This document shows positions 22,969 to 35,022 of a stretch of 64,000 nucleotides of DNA, one piece after another. The position numbers were made by a program, and so were the translations under genes. The DNA is from Eledone cirrhosa. Its lineage: Eukaryota. Position 1 is the stretch's first letter, and every line of letters begins with the position of its first letter. The DNA lies in assembly GCA_964016885.1 (NCBI GenBank), contig OZ024742.1, forward strand, positions 376,836,001 through 376,900,000, in the 5' to 3' direction. Below the pieces are notes generated by a model that did no database searches, was not told the origin of the DNA, and was given only the letters and a program-made list of their open reading frames with translations.

Positions 22969-23077
22969 GTGTATCAGCAAGGATTTACAGAATTGTTTGT
23001 CTGCATTTGCTCGAAACCTCAATATTATTCATGACGAAGTGTCTTCCCCCAACATGCAAGGAGAAACTAACTTTAAG
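22969..23077 (+). CDS. Putative internal coding exon of an unidentified host gene ([37 protein letters not shown])
   Basis: TTTTTAG|G acceptor, AAG|GTTGGT donor, stop-free 109 nt, non-repetitive protein-like composition, ends in phase 0. Confidence 0.6.
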
Positions 23078-23774
23078 GTTGGTACTATATATATTTATGT
23101 ATACATATTTATGTTTGGTATTATATATAATTCAGTTACTGAGGCGATAGTACAAAAAATTTACCATCGTTCGGTTGCTCTTATTATTCACTCAATAAGA
23201 CAAAGTTTTTATGTTTAATACATTCCGACCATTCTCAGAGTGCTAACATAATGTATATTTATGATAGAGCGGTTGCACTATATATATTTATGTTTGTTAT
23301 TATATCTATATATAGAGGCGGTGAATTGGCAGTATTAGTAGAGGGCTGGACGCCATGCTTTCCAGCATAGTTATGTCCCTTTATGGTCTGAGTTCAAATC
23401 CTGTTGAGGTTAACTTTGCAGGGTTGATAAAATAAAGTACCAGTAATGTACTGGGTAATTGCTGGCCTTGTGCCAAAAGTAGAAACAATTATTACAAATA
23501 CATTTCTGAAACTAAAGATTTACCCAAACATGTGTCTACCTTACTATAGACTGCCCTATAGCTGGAATACTTGGTACTTATAGTAAAACACCATATAATA
23601 GCAGGCACTACACATCTGTTGTTGGTACACCAACTTTGCCTTTCATCCTAACGGGGTCGATAAAATAAAGTACCAGTAATGTACTGAGTAATTGCTGGCC
23701 TTATGCCAAAAGTAGAAACAGTTATTATATCTATATATTTATATTTGGTACTATATATACATATGTTTTTGTAT

Positions 23775-24055
23775 TTATTTTGCAAGATTTTTATCTGAAA
23801 ACGTGTGTTAAAACAGATATTGTTATACTTTGGGTCATGCTGCCAATAAAATCACACACACTTATTGGGTTTCACTTCAATTTATTATAATTTCGCAGTT
23901 GGTTAGTTTATTAACTGGTTTATTTGTTGAATGTCTTTCGTTACACATTCTGTGACCTCCTCAGTGACTTCTTTTGGTGTTACTTTGTGTCTCTCCTTTG
24001 TTCTGTTTTACACTATCTTGTCTTTGTGAGCTGGGACACAGCTCACAAAGACAGG
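23775..24055. repeat. Penelope pLTR-like fragment (same family as 32585-33040) with hammerhead core on minus strand
   Basis: Minus 23927-23968: CTGAGGA-GGTCACA-GAATG-TGTAAC-GAAA. Confidence 0.65.
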
Positions 24056-25139
24056 GGTAGTTATTTTCCTTATTTTCTCAATAATTATTTATAGTGAGTG
24101 ACTATTACTGTTGTCATTTACGTTGGGACAACATCATATCAAAATCAACTTTGATGAAGGCAGCCTATGTCGGGGCTTGGTGGTGCTTGACTGTTATTGA
24201 ACAGTGTATTAACAATCAGTCTTCTTCTTCTTCTCCCCCCCCCCACCGCCCCTCTCCTCCCGTAAAGTGGTTTGTGACAGGAAGGGCATCCAGTCGTGGA
24301 AAGCTTGCCAAACAAAGGGTTGAGAGGACCCTCAGTTGTGTCAAAAACATGACAACCTCTCCTGTGCACAACTGCACATATGAAAAACGACAGATCCCTG
24401 GCTTGCCTGGCATTTATCCAGCTAACCCCTGCTTGTAGGGAAAGCAAACATTAACAATGCTGTAACTTTTCTACCTTTATTGATGATGATTCTTGAGAAA
24501 GGTATGAAATGAACATCTATCATCACCTCAAATCTCTTACCTCATAATTACACCTGAAAATATCATTATCATTGCTGTGATATAAAATAGTGACTGTTAA
24601 ATAAATTCAAAGTTTATTTCAGAATTTAGTTAGATTATTTTTTTTTTTATTGGTTTCAGTAATTTTAGTTGTGGATTTTTCAATAAAGATTTAGTATTTT
24701 TGAATTATGCTGTATCATTGTTATTAAACATTGATTTTTTTTCTGATACCCATTTTTTTCTCTGACACATGATATTTTCTTCTAAATGTATGTATGCTAA
24801 GAAAGATTTTATTTTGGAAAAAAAAAAAAAATTAGATTTACGAGCATGTGGATACTGATAAAAGTTATTGACAGACAGAAAAAAAAATACTGTTAAAAGA
24901 AACTAAAAATAAAAATAACAACAAATAGATAATATTTATTGAAACAAATTGTTAGATGTTTGTTTTTAAATTTAAATAATCTTAGCATTAAATAAAATCT
25001 CCCAATATTAACTCATAAAATAAAAAAAGTAGCAATTTTCAGAGCTAAGAAAACAGATATAGAATTTTTCTGGAAACAAATATTCTTAGGATTAAACTTT
25101 CCATTTGTTTATTTCTAATTTCATATTTTTTATTCCAAT

Positions 25140-25825
25140 GGGTAGAGAAGTTTAGAGAGCTATTCCCACTGGGTAGAGAAGTTTAGAGAGCTATTCCCAC
25201 TGGGTAGAGAAGTTTAGAGAGCTACTCTCACTGGGTAGAGAAGTTTAGAGAGCTACTTTCACTGTGAAGTTTAGAGAGCTACTCCCACAGGGTAGAGAAG
25301 TTTAGAGAGCTATCCCCACAGAGTAGAGAAGTTTAGAAAACTATTCCCACAGGGTAGAGAAGTTTAGAGAGCTACTCTCACTGTGTAAAAAAGTTTAGAG
25401 AGCTACTCTCACTGTGAAGTTTAGAGAGCTACTCCCACAGGGTAGAGAAGTTTAGAGAGCTACTCTCACTGGATAGAAAAGTTTAGAGAGCTACTCTCAC
25501 TGTGAAGTTTAGAGAGCTACTCCCACAGGGTAGAGAAATTTAGAGAGCTACTCTCACTGGATAGAAAAGTTTAGAGAGCTACTCTCACTGTGAAGTTTAG
25601 AGAGCTACTCCCAGTGAGTAGAGAAATTTAGAGAGCTACTCCCACTGGATAGAGAAGTTTAGAGAGCTACTACTCTCACTGTGAAATTTAGAGAGCTACT
25701 CCCACAGGGTAGAGAAGTTTAGAGAGCTACTCTCACTGGATAGAGAAGTTTAGAGAGCTACTCTCACTGTGAAGTTTAGAGAGCTACTCCCACTGGGTAG
25801 AGAAGTTTAAAGAGCTACGCCCACT
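25140..25825 (+). repeat. 31/26-bp minisatellite derived from RTE coding sequence (GWKKFRELLPL codons)
   Basis: Unit GGGTAGAGAAGTTTAGAGAGCTACTCCCACT, runs directly into RTE sequence ..CCACTGTTGAAAATGAAAGGTTTC. Confidence 0.9.
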
Positions 25826-26315
25826 GTTGAAAATGAAAGGTTTCACCCTATATACAATACAAAAGCTGTATGATGCCTGTATGTAATGTGCTATGCTGCG
25901 TGGTAATGAAACATGGGCAGTGACTGCAGAAGATATGCGTAGAATGGAGAGAAATGAAGCAACCATGCTTCTTGGATGTGTAATATAAATATTAGAGCAG
26001 CTGAGTTTAAGGGGAATCCGAAGTGGTGTGCAAGAGAGAAGACTGCATTGGTATGGACATGTGTTGTGCATGGATGATGACCAATGGGTTAAGAAGTGCC
26101 AGGAAATGTCAGTGGAAGGAAACCACAGTAGAGGAAGTCCAAGAAAGACCTGGGCAGAGGTGGTGAGAACTGACCTCAAATCGTTGTGACTCACAGAGGA
26201 GATGAAGGAACGCTACAAGTGGAGAGATGCTGGGCTGAGAAAGAACCGCCCAACCCATACAAGTGTGGAAAAATGGACATAAAACTGATGATGATAATGA
26301 TGATTATGATGATTA
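25795..26315 (+). mobile_element. RTE (B-like) 3' fragment
   Basis: LYDAC..ETWA..RRLHWYGHV..KTWAEVV; (GAT)n tail. Confidence 0.88.
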
Positions 26316-26598
26316 GGATGATGCATACAAATTCTGTCCACTGTCGACAATATTGAATGGGGTCACAGTCACTATTATGTATAGTTATTCAAACTATAAA
26401 TACTACCATTGTCATATTAAAGCTTTTCATAGTTTGTAAGTGTTAGCAACACAGTATAGTAACTAATACTACAGGTATGGTCCCTCAACTCTTGATGGTG
26501 CACAGGAGCATTGTAGTGACATACTATTTGTTTTGGGGGATTTTTTAAAACCTAGAGGAGATTATCTCCTCTCCAGGTCTGAACACAGCCAATTTCTT

Positions 26599-26653
<55 letters not shown>

Positions 26654-26978
26654 TTATTTGTACATTAAGTTCAGAGACACCAAAGATTCAAAGCATTATC
26701 AAACTAACAAATGTTTCTGCCAGCATAGAAACCACTGGGTTATAATTTAACCCCTAGTTTACAATTCGGCACTGGTGTCACCAGAGTTTATTAAAGGCTT
26801 CATTAATATTTCACACATAACAATGCATTACATTAAAACACTCATTATGGTAACAATATACAAAATGCGAAAGTTTCAAAAATGTGAGTTCCACTGCATT
26901 GAGCTTTAAATCAATCAGTAAATGAGTTTAACTACTCCCATTAATATTATTATAACCATGATTATTATAACCGTAATA

Positions 26979-27945
26979 AGACTGGCTTCCCATGGGAACT
27001 TCTCTATGCTGACGATTTGGTACTTATAGCAGAATCAGTAGAGGAACTAGAGAATAAATTCTGGCTATGGAAACAGCAGTTGGAATCAAGAGGACTGAGA
27101 GTGAACCTAGCAAAGACTAAAGTGTTGATGAGAGAAAAGAGGACAAAACTGTGATTCCATCAGGGAAATGGCCATGTTCGATATGTAGAAAAGGAGTTGG
27201 TATAAATTCTATAGAATGTACACAATGGAGATCTTGGGTACACAAGAGGTGTAGTGGGATAGCAGGCAAACTAACAGGTAGGGAAAACTTCATATACTGT
27301 AGATGTTCAGGGAAATTTGATAGTAGAAGTGGCAGAGGTGGTTGGTAGCTTCCGATACCTAGGTGATCAGATTAGCAAGGGAGGAGGGTACTCCGAGGCC
27401 ATAGTATCTAGAATAAGGAAGGGTTGGAAGAAGTTCAGGGAGCTGCTTCCTCTGTTGACAAAGAAAGGTTTCTCCCTATGAACGAAAGGTCAGTTATATG
27501 ACGCCTGTGTGAGATGTGCGATGCTGCATGGTAGTGAGACATGGGATGCAACTGTGGAGGATATGCAACTGCTGGAGAGAAATGAAGCAAGCATGCTCCA
27601 ATTGATGTGTAATGTCAATGTGTGTGAACAACCAAGTATAGATGAGTTGAGAGAGATACTGTGTATAAGAGTGATAAGTTGTGGTGTGCGGGAGAGAAGA
27701 CTGCGTTGGTTTGGGCATGTGATGCGCATAGAGGATGACCACTGGGTAAAGAAGTGCCAAGAAATCGCGGTGGAAGGAAGATGTAATAAAGGAAGACCAT
27801 GAAAAACATGGGCGTAGGTAGTGAGAGCTGACCTCAGATTACTGAAGCTCACAGAGGAGATGACAAAGGAATGTAACGAATGGAGAGATGCTGTGCTGAA
27901 AAGGACCCGTCTCAAGCAAGGAAAAAACGGATGTAAAATGATATA
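26979..27945 (+). mobile_element. RTE family B 3' fragment
   Basis: PWELLYADD, KWPCSICRKG.., RLRWFGHV; tail GGATGTAAAATGA. Confidence 0.9.
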
Positions 27946-28149
27946 TATATATATATCATCATCATTATCATCATTGTTTAACGTCTATCTTCCACGCTAG
28001 CATGGGTTATATAAATAAGGTGTGGTAGTTTGCTTGAAGCATTGTGGAATATGAGATACAAATAAGAAATAAGTTTGGTTATTTGTAAGCTGAGACAGCA
28101 AGCAGCAAACAGCCACAGGAACCAAGTACCACCAATCTCTGGGAGGGCC

Positions 28150-29052
28150 CTGTAGAAACAGTAGACAGCTTCTGCTACCTAGGTGACTGAATTAGCAACG
28201 GAGGTGGGTGTTCAGAAAGTACAATAACTAGGGTAAGAACGGGATGGAAGAAGTTTAGGGAACTACTACCACTGCTAGCTGCAAAAGGCTTCTCCCTCAG
28301 AATGAAAGGCAGACTGTATGATGCGTGTATCCGAACAGCGATGTTGCATGGTAGTGAGACCTGGGCGCTGAAGGTGGAAGACTTACGTAGATTAGAGAGA
28401 AACGAAGCCTGCATGCTCCGATGGATGTGTAACAGTAATATACGTGAACGACAAAGCATAAATGAATTGAGAGAGAGACTGAGCATAAGAGGAATCAAAT
28501 GCTGCGTGCAGGAGAGGCGGTTGCGCTGGTATGGACATGTGATAAGTATGAAGCATGACAGCTGCATAAAAAGGTGCAGAGCACTAGAAGTTGATGGAAA
28601 CCGCAGAGTGGGGAGACCCAAGATGACCTGTGATGAGGTGATAAAAGCCGACCTTACCCAATTACACCTCTCAAAGACAATGACACACGACTGTGACCTC
28701 TGGCGTCACGCAGTAATACAGAGTACCCGACCTCCCATGGGTACAAGCTAAAGCATATAGACAATATGCCCCCACACCCTCCCACCGCAAGGTGGTCGTG
28801 GAGGTGCCACGGTAAAAAAGCACCCAGCCCACACTGTAAAGTGGACGTGTAGGCGCCACGAAAAAGCACCCAGCACTCACTGTAAATGAGGTTGGTGTTA
28901 GGAAGGGTATCCAGCTGTAGAAATCAAGCCAGATCAGTTCCTGTATGAGCAAGGCATTGTCGACCGACCAGACACTGTCCACAACAGGACAACCCGTCTA
29001 ACCCATGCTAGCGTGGAAGAACGGACGTAAAACGGTGATGATGATGAGGATG
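28150..29052 (+). mobile_element. RTE family C 3' fragment
   Basis: ORF 28302-28751; 3' UTR shared with 8535-8916; (GAT)n tail. Confidence 0.92.
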
Positions 29053-29286
29053 AACAATGCGTGTTTGGTAGAACTACCAAGGTAATAAGAAAGTAGAAGG
29101 AAAACAGCACATTGAAGTAAAGTAAAAAGTGTGAGGACAATAGGAAGTTACCCTAGGGATTTTTAATGAACCCAAATATTTTTAGATTTTCCATCCATTA
29201 TCAAGGGTAGTCCATGGGTCGGGAGACCTCAGTGAGAAACCTGAGAAATATTGTGGGTGGCTGTTTGATTTATATATATATATATT

Positions 29287-30960
29287 GGGCCTTCGGAAAT
29301 AGTTGCTGAAATGCTGAAAGCATCTGGAACGGTGGGACACACTATGGAGGCGTTCCGAAGGACTGGCGCAGCAGCATCATCATTAACTGCTACAAGGGTA
29401 AAGGAGATGCCCTAGATAGGGGAAACTATAGAGGCATTAAATTAGTTGACCAGGTCATGAAGGTCACAGAAAAAGTAATAGCGCAACTAATCAGAGAGCG
29501 AATTGATCTAGATGAAATGCAGTTCGGGTTTGTGTCAGGTAAAAGTACAACATACGCTCTTTTCATTGTACGACAACTACAGGAGAAGTACCTAGCTAAA
29601 AGTAAACCCCTATACTTAGCTTTTGTTGACTTGGAGAAAGCCTTTGACAGAGTACCCCGCTCGATTATCTGGTGGGCTCTTAGAAAACTAGGTGTTGATG
29701 AATGGCTTGTGAGAGCTATACAAGCCATGTATAAAGAAACAGTCAGCAAGGTTAGAATTAACAACGAATATAGTGAAGAGTTTAGCGTAAAAGTTGGTGT
29801 TCATCAGGGCTCCGTCCTTAGCCCCCTACTATTTATTATTGCCCTTCAGGCTATAACAGAGGAGTTCAAGACCGACTGCCCATGGGAACTTCTATACACA
29901 GATGATCTAACGCTCATAGCTGAATCAATGGCTGAACTAGAGAAGAAATTCCAAACATGGAAGCATGGCCTAGAATCAAAAGGCCTTAAAATTAACCTGT
30001 CTAAGACTAAAGTTCTAGTTTGTAGGACACCTTCCGTTACCTGGGTGACAAAATCAGCAGTGGTGGAAGGTGCTCTGAAAGTTCAGTAGCTAGAGTCAGA
30101 ACGGGATGGAAAAAGTTCAGAGAGCTTATACCACTATTGGCCGCTAAAGGGTTCTCTCTAAAAATGAAAGGCAGGCTGTATGATGCCTGCATACAAACAG
30201 CAATGTTACATGGCAGTGAGACCTGGGCATTGTGTGCAGAGGATATATGCAGACTGGAGAGGAACGAAGCTTGCATGCTCCGCTGGATGTGTAATAGTAA
30301 TATACGTGAACGGCAAGGCATTAACGAACTAAGGGAAAAATTAGAAATAAGAGGGATCAGATGTTGTTTACTCAAGAGAAGACTACGTTGGTTTGGTCAC
30401 GTGATGCGCATGAAAGACGACAGCTGTATAAAAAAGTACAGGGCGATAAAAATAGACGGTAGCCACGGAGTAGGCAGACCCAGAAAAACCTGGGATGACT
30501 TGATAAATTCCGACCTCACACACTTACACCTCTCCAAGACAATGTCACTCGACCGAGATCTTTGGCACTACACAGTAATACAGAAGACCCGCCTTGCCTA
30601 AGTACAAAGCAAACCTACAGTCAGTAGGCACCTCTAACAAAAATACCGTCCCACCACCACCACCCCATCCACACCACCCCTTAAATGTGAAGTTATGTTG
30701 GTACCACAACATCCAGTCCGAAATAAATGAGGTCGTGTAGGTGTCATGAAAAAAAACACAGTCCACGCTGTAATGTGGCTGTGTAGGTAACACGGTAAAA
30801 ACCTCCCAGTCCACACTGTAAACGTGGTTGGTGTTAGGAAGGGCATCCAGCCGTAGAAAACCCACCAGACAGTCCTGAGCAAGACAACCAATCTTGCCTC
30901 AAGTGGGAAAACTCCCGTCCAAACCTATGGAAGATGGACGTTAAACGATGATGATGATGA
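29287..30960 (+). mobile_element. RTE family A fragment with internal deletion of the PHD finger
   Basis: ORFs 29457-30089 and 30137-30601; junction GTTTGTAGGACACCTTCCG at ~30025. Confidence 0.93.
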
Positions 30961-31058
30961 AGTAAGATCGCTTGGTATGCAAATGAGGCTAATCAGCCAA
31001 TGTATACTTTAGAAATTACTATATATTTTCAACTGTTCAACAGATTGGCAGAGGTAAA

Positions 31059-31099
31059 CAGTCCTGATGAAGGGTAATAACCCAGAAACGTGTTGATTG
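31059..31099 (+). ncRNA. Minimal type-I hammerhead ribozyme motif
   Basis: CAGTC-CTGATGA-A-GGGT(AATA)ACCC-A-GAAA-CGTG-TT-GATTG; stem I CAGTC/GATTG, near-palindromic stem III ACGTGT. Confidence 0.75.
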
Positions 31100-31329
31100 A
31101 TCCTTGATGCTATTGTTGACCAAACGGATGATGATTGGTCAAGTCACAGCAAAGCTTAGTCAGGCCGTATGCTTGCAAAGTAATCGAATATTGTTACTAT
31201 TATTCGATAAAACCCATATGTACATATGTGTATATATATGTGTGTGTGTGTGTGTATATATGCGTATGTATGCATACTTACATTTATGTATCTGCTATGC
31301 TAGAGCAAGAAATAAAATTCTAATTGTAT

Positions 31330-31374
<45 letters not shown>

Positions 31375-31377
<3 letters not shown>

Positions 31378-31486
31378 CCAGTAAGACCCGGACGGCTGAG
31401 CTCAAGCCGTTTCGACGGCTAATTCTGGACGTCCAGAATTAGCCATCGAAACGGCTTGAGCTCAGCCGTCGGGGTCTTACTGGTTC
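31375..31486. repeat. Spacerless palindrome (56-bp arms) containing hammerhead 3' half
   Basis: Centre GGAC|GTCC; arm contains GAAA-CGGC(TTGAGCTCA)GCCG-TC-GGGG; related single copy at 50797-50851. Confidence 0.85.
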
Positions 31487-32089
31487 CTATTACCCACTCT
31501 ACTACCCCAAGTATTGAGTACTTTGGTGCGTTATGGTCCACCTGGTTCCTTACCACATTTCCTTCGTTATATATATATATATATATATATAAATATTAAT
31601 ACAATAACAGAGATAGTTTAAAGCTAATCTCTGACTGGTAACCATCTCACTCAACAAACATTAGGTTATATTTTAATATAAACCCAATTTAAGTGTTTGG
31701 GGTGCTAACAATATGTATTATGTGGAAAAGCCAGTTGTATTATTTTATGAGATATAATTAAAGTTAAAATATATCTCTCTTTGCAAACAATTGTTTCATT
31801 ATAAGTTTTCTACAAATTCGGAGAATATTTCCAGTTTATGCAGAAGCCTAATATACATTCATGTAAGAATATATTTAGGTGGGCGCTTATAAATCATCAG
31901 TGGAAGCCCATTAAACTTTGATATAAGAAAAACATTTCTTACCATAGTTAAAAATCGTGTCTGTTAATTTGCTCCCTCCCGCATCGAATGACTGGCAAAT
32001 TTGAAATTCCAGCAGTTTTTGACTGAGGAAGTATTGTAGCGTCACTAAGCGAGAAGGGGAGACAACCAAGATCCACGAAAGGAGGAAAA

Positions 32090-32478
32090 AAAAATAATAT
32101 ACACGCGGGTTAATTAGTTTTTTCGAAAACATTATCAATCCAACGTGTTAAGAACTCAATTGAAATTAAAAAAATAAATATATGCGTGTATAAATTACAC
32201 ACGCATATAGATATTTTCTTAGGCTAAAATCAGAGGTTGTACCTGAATAAGAAACCGCATCTCGTAACCGTAGTAAATACGGAAAGTTATGCTTTAAAGG
32301 GCAAATGGGAATGTAAATCTCCGGCCGAATTAAGAGTAAAATATAAAACACACGCAGGTTAATTAGTTATTTCAAAACTAATATCAATTCCTCGTGTAAA
32401 GAACTCAATTAATTAAAAAAAATAAATGCATGCATGTAATTATATACATAGGCATATATATATTTTCTCAGGCTAAAA
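32090..32478 (+). repeat. Diverged direct repeat (~140 bp, two copies) upstream of tRNA
   Basis: ACACGC(G/A)GGTTAATTAGTT...AGAACTCAATT...ATATTTTCT(T/C)AGGCTAAAA at ~32090-32229 and ~32340-32478. Confidence 0.75.
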
Positions 32479-32551
32479 ACCTCTGTGGCCCAATGGATAA
32501 GGCACCAGCCTCCTAAGCCGGGGATTGCGGGTTTGAGTCCCGTCAGAGGTA
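32479..32551 (+). tRNA. tRNA-Arg(CCT), probably pseudogene
   Basis: Acceptor ACCTCTG/CAGAGGT, D arm GCCCAATGGATAAGGC, anticodon loop CT-CCT-AA, T arm GCGGG-TTTGAGT-CCCGT; T-loop C56>T and anticodon-stem mismatch; no oligo-T terminator. Confidence 0.85.
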
Positions 32552-32555
32552 TTAG

Positions 32556-32584
<29 letters not shown>

Positions 32585-32590
<6 letters not shown>

Positions 32591-33035
32591 ATACTTTGGG
32601 AGGGTCATGCTGCCAATAAAATCACAAGCACCTGTTGGTTTTCACTTCAATTTATTATAAATTTCTGGTTGGTTGCTTCAATAACTGGATGGTTGTTTAT
32701 ATATTGTCAAAGCTCTTTCATCACACATTCTGTGACCTCCTCAGTGTCTAGGTTTTTTATTTTGTGTCTCTCCTTTGTTCTGTGCTACACCATCTTGTTT
32801 TTGTGTGTTATGTGTTGTCACTGGGGAGGTCACAGAATGTGTGATGAAAGAGCTTTGACAATATATTAACAACCATCCAGTTATCGAACCAACCAACCAG
32901 AAATCTTAATAAACTGAAGTGAAAACCAACAGGTGTGTGTGTGTGTTTTTCTTGGCAGCATGACCCTCCCAAAGTATAACATTATCTGTTTCAACACACG
33001 TCTTCAGATAAGAAATCTTGCAAAACAAATTCAAA

Positions 33036-33040
<5 letters not shown>
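32585..33040. repeat. Fold-back Penelope pLTR-like element (~160-bp arms) with hammerhead motifs
   Basis: Arms ~32585-32746 and ~32819-32982; plus 32813-32863 TGTTGTCA-CTGGGGA-GGTCACA-GAATG-TGTGAT-GAAA-GAGC-TT-TGACAATA; mirror arm has intact CTGAGGA; flanked by (TA)n. Confidence 0.8.
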
Positions 33041-33081
<41 letters not shown>

Positions 33082-34427
33082 GAGGGGGGAGAATGAACCA
33101 CAGTACTGAGCAGGATTTGAACTCAAAACACAGAGAGCCATAACAAATACCACAAAGTATTCTGTCAGATGTTTTAACAACTTGTAATACTATATATCAT
33201 TGTTATAACTTTAAAAGGGCAGTGGATTGGTAGTAATGAGTAGAGCGTCGGATAACATGCTTTGTGGCATATAGTTATGGCCCTTTTCACCAGAACAATA
33301 ACCACTATATAACTTCCCACCAGAACAAGGTGGAGGGTTGGTAGTACCAGTAGAATGCCAGACAATATCCTCTGTAGTATATAGGTATGGCCTTTTATGT
33401 TCTGAGTTCAAATCCCACTGAGGTTAACTTTGCCTTTCATCCTTACGGGGTTGATAATATAAAGTACCAGTAATACATCATCATCGTCGATCCTCCTCCT
33501 TCTCCTCATTGTTTAACTTCCATCATCCATGCTAGCACTGGGGTCGATATAATCCATCTTCCTTGTCCCAAAATTGCAGGCCTTGTGCCTAAAGCAGAAA
33601 CCATTATTAAGGGCAGTGGATTGGCAGAATCGGTAGAGCGTTAGAAAACATAACTTTACAACATAGAGTTACATCCCTCTAAGTTCTGAGTTCAAATCCT
33701 GCTGAGGTTAGCTTTACTTTTCCTCCTTATGGGGTCGATAAAATAAATAAATGTTGATTTAATTGACTTTCCCCTTCCCCAACATTGCTGGCCTTGTGCC
33801 TAAACCAGAAACCATTGGTATAACTATAAATCTGATTTTATTGTGTTAAAATGACAGTAATGGAAGTGTAAAATATCTAAAATAATGATTGAAATTTCAT
33901 TATTTCCAATTGATTTTTTTTTTTTTTTGATTCTGTTGATAATACTTGGGGCCTGCTTTAGATAAATATTGCTGACTTAAAATGTCGGAAGAGTTATAGA
34001 GAGTCCTCAAACACTCCTTCCAGCTGTCCCTGTCAGAAGCAACCGTCCCCAACTGATCCTGCTGGGTCCCTAAGCAAGAACAACCAACAACCAAGCTCAG
34101 GGATGTTATCGAACCATCTTGTTTGGGGTCTACCCCTGGGTTTCCTGGAGTTATAATGTCAAATTGAATAACATTGTTTTTGTACAACCCCAATGACTTT
34201 TCATGTAGAATGAGATAATAATGAAGTTGAATAACTGTGGAAATCACCAAGTATAGTGTTGTTTATGGTGTGATAATGAATATGTGTGCTTTCTTAACAC
34301 CTCTCTTGCTTCTACACCTTTATTTATTTCTTTCTCTTTAACCATTTCTATTGTTTTAAAAAAATCCAAAATGTCTTTATCTTTGTGCATGTTTTATCTT
34401 AATGTTTTCAATTCCTCATATTCCCAG

Positions 34428-34508
34428 ACGGCCATTAACAGCATTGAAGATATTATTGGAATAACTATACTGAATGAGCGGGAGAATAAGAAAGCAGAAA
34501 AGAAATAA
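34428..34508 (+). CDS. Putative terminal coding exon of the same host gene (TAINSIEDIIGITILNERENKKAEKK*)
   Basis: Long pyrimidine-rich tract ending TTCCCAG|, phase 0 matches donor at 23077, TAA stop, AATAAA at ~34504 and 34861. Confidence 0.6.
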   Translation, partial: TAINSIEDIIGITILNERENKKAEKK

Positions 34509-34975
34509 AAGTTAATCAGACTAACACATTATTTTATCATGCTTGAAATATTGGATATTTCTAATACAGACATTACCATCAGAAAAAACTCGACACAGAC
34601 TGAACAAAAAAACATAAAACAAAGACAAAAGTTTGTATTAAATTCAACTTCAGTATCTAGAAATGATAGAAAATAATAGAAGAAAAAAAACACCCACACA
34701 AGACATCAATTTGTATATTATATAAATAGGGTTTTTATATGAAACTTTTTAAGACTTACAAAATGTCAATGGAATACCACCTTAAATTGTTTGGAATGTT
34801 TATATCGGAGACCTTCAACTGATTTTCTAATTAATATTTTGTTAACTTTTATAATATTAAAATAAAAATGATATTTCTTTGAATGGAATTACTTTGGCCA
34901 TTTCTTTCTATTCATATATTGTCCATTTTGATTTGAGAATCCAACTGTTGCTTTAGGTTGGGGGAGGGGCATTAA

Positions 34976-34988
34976 ATGATGATGGTGT

Positions 34989-35022
<34 letters not shown>

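Noticed and set aside
33889-33992. ~100-bp sequence repeated at ~53589-53690
   Set aside because: Dispersed repeat fragment with no diagnostic ends; cannot classify.
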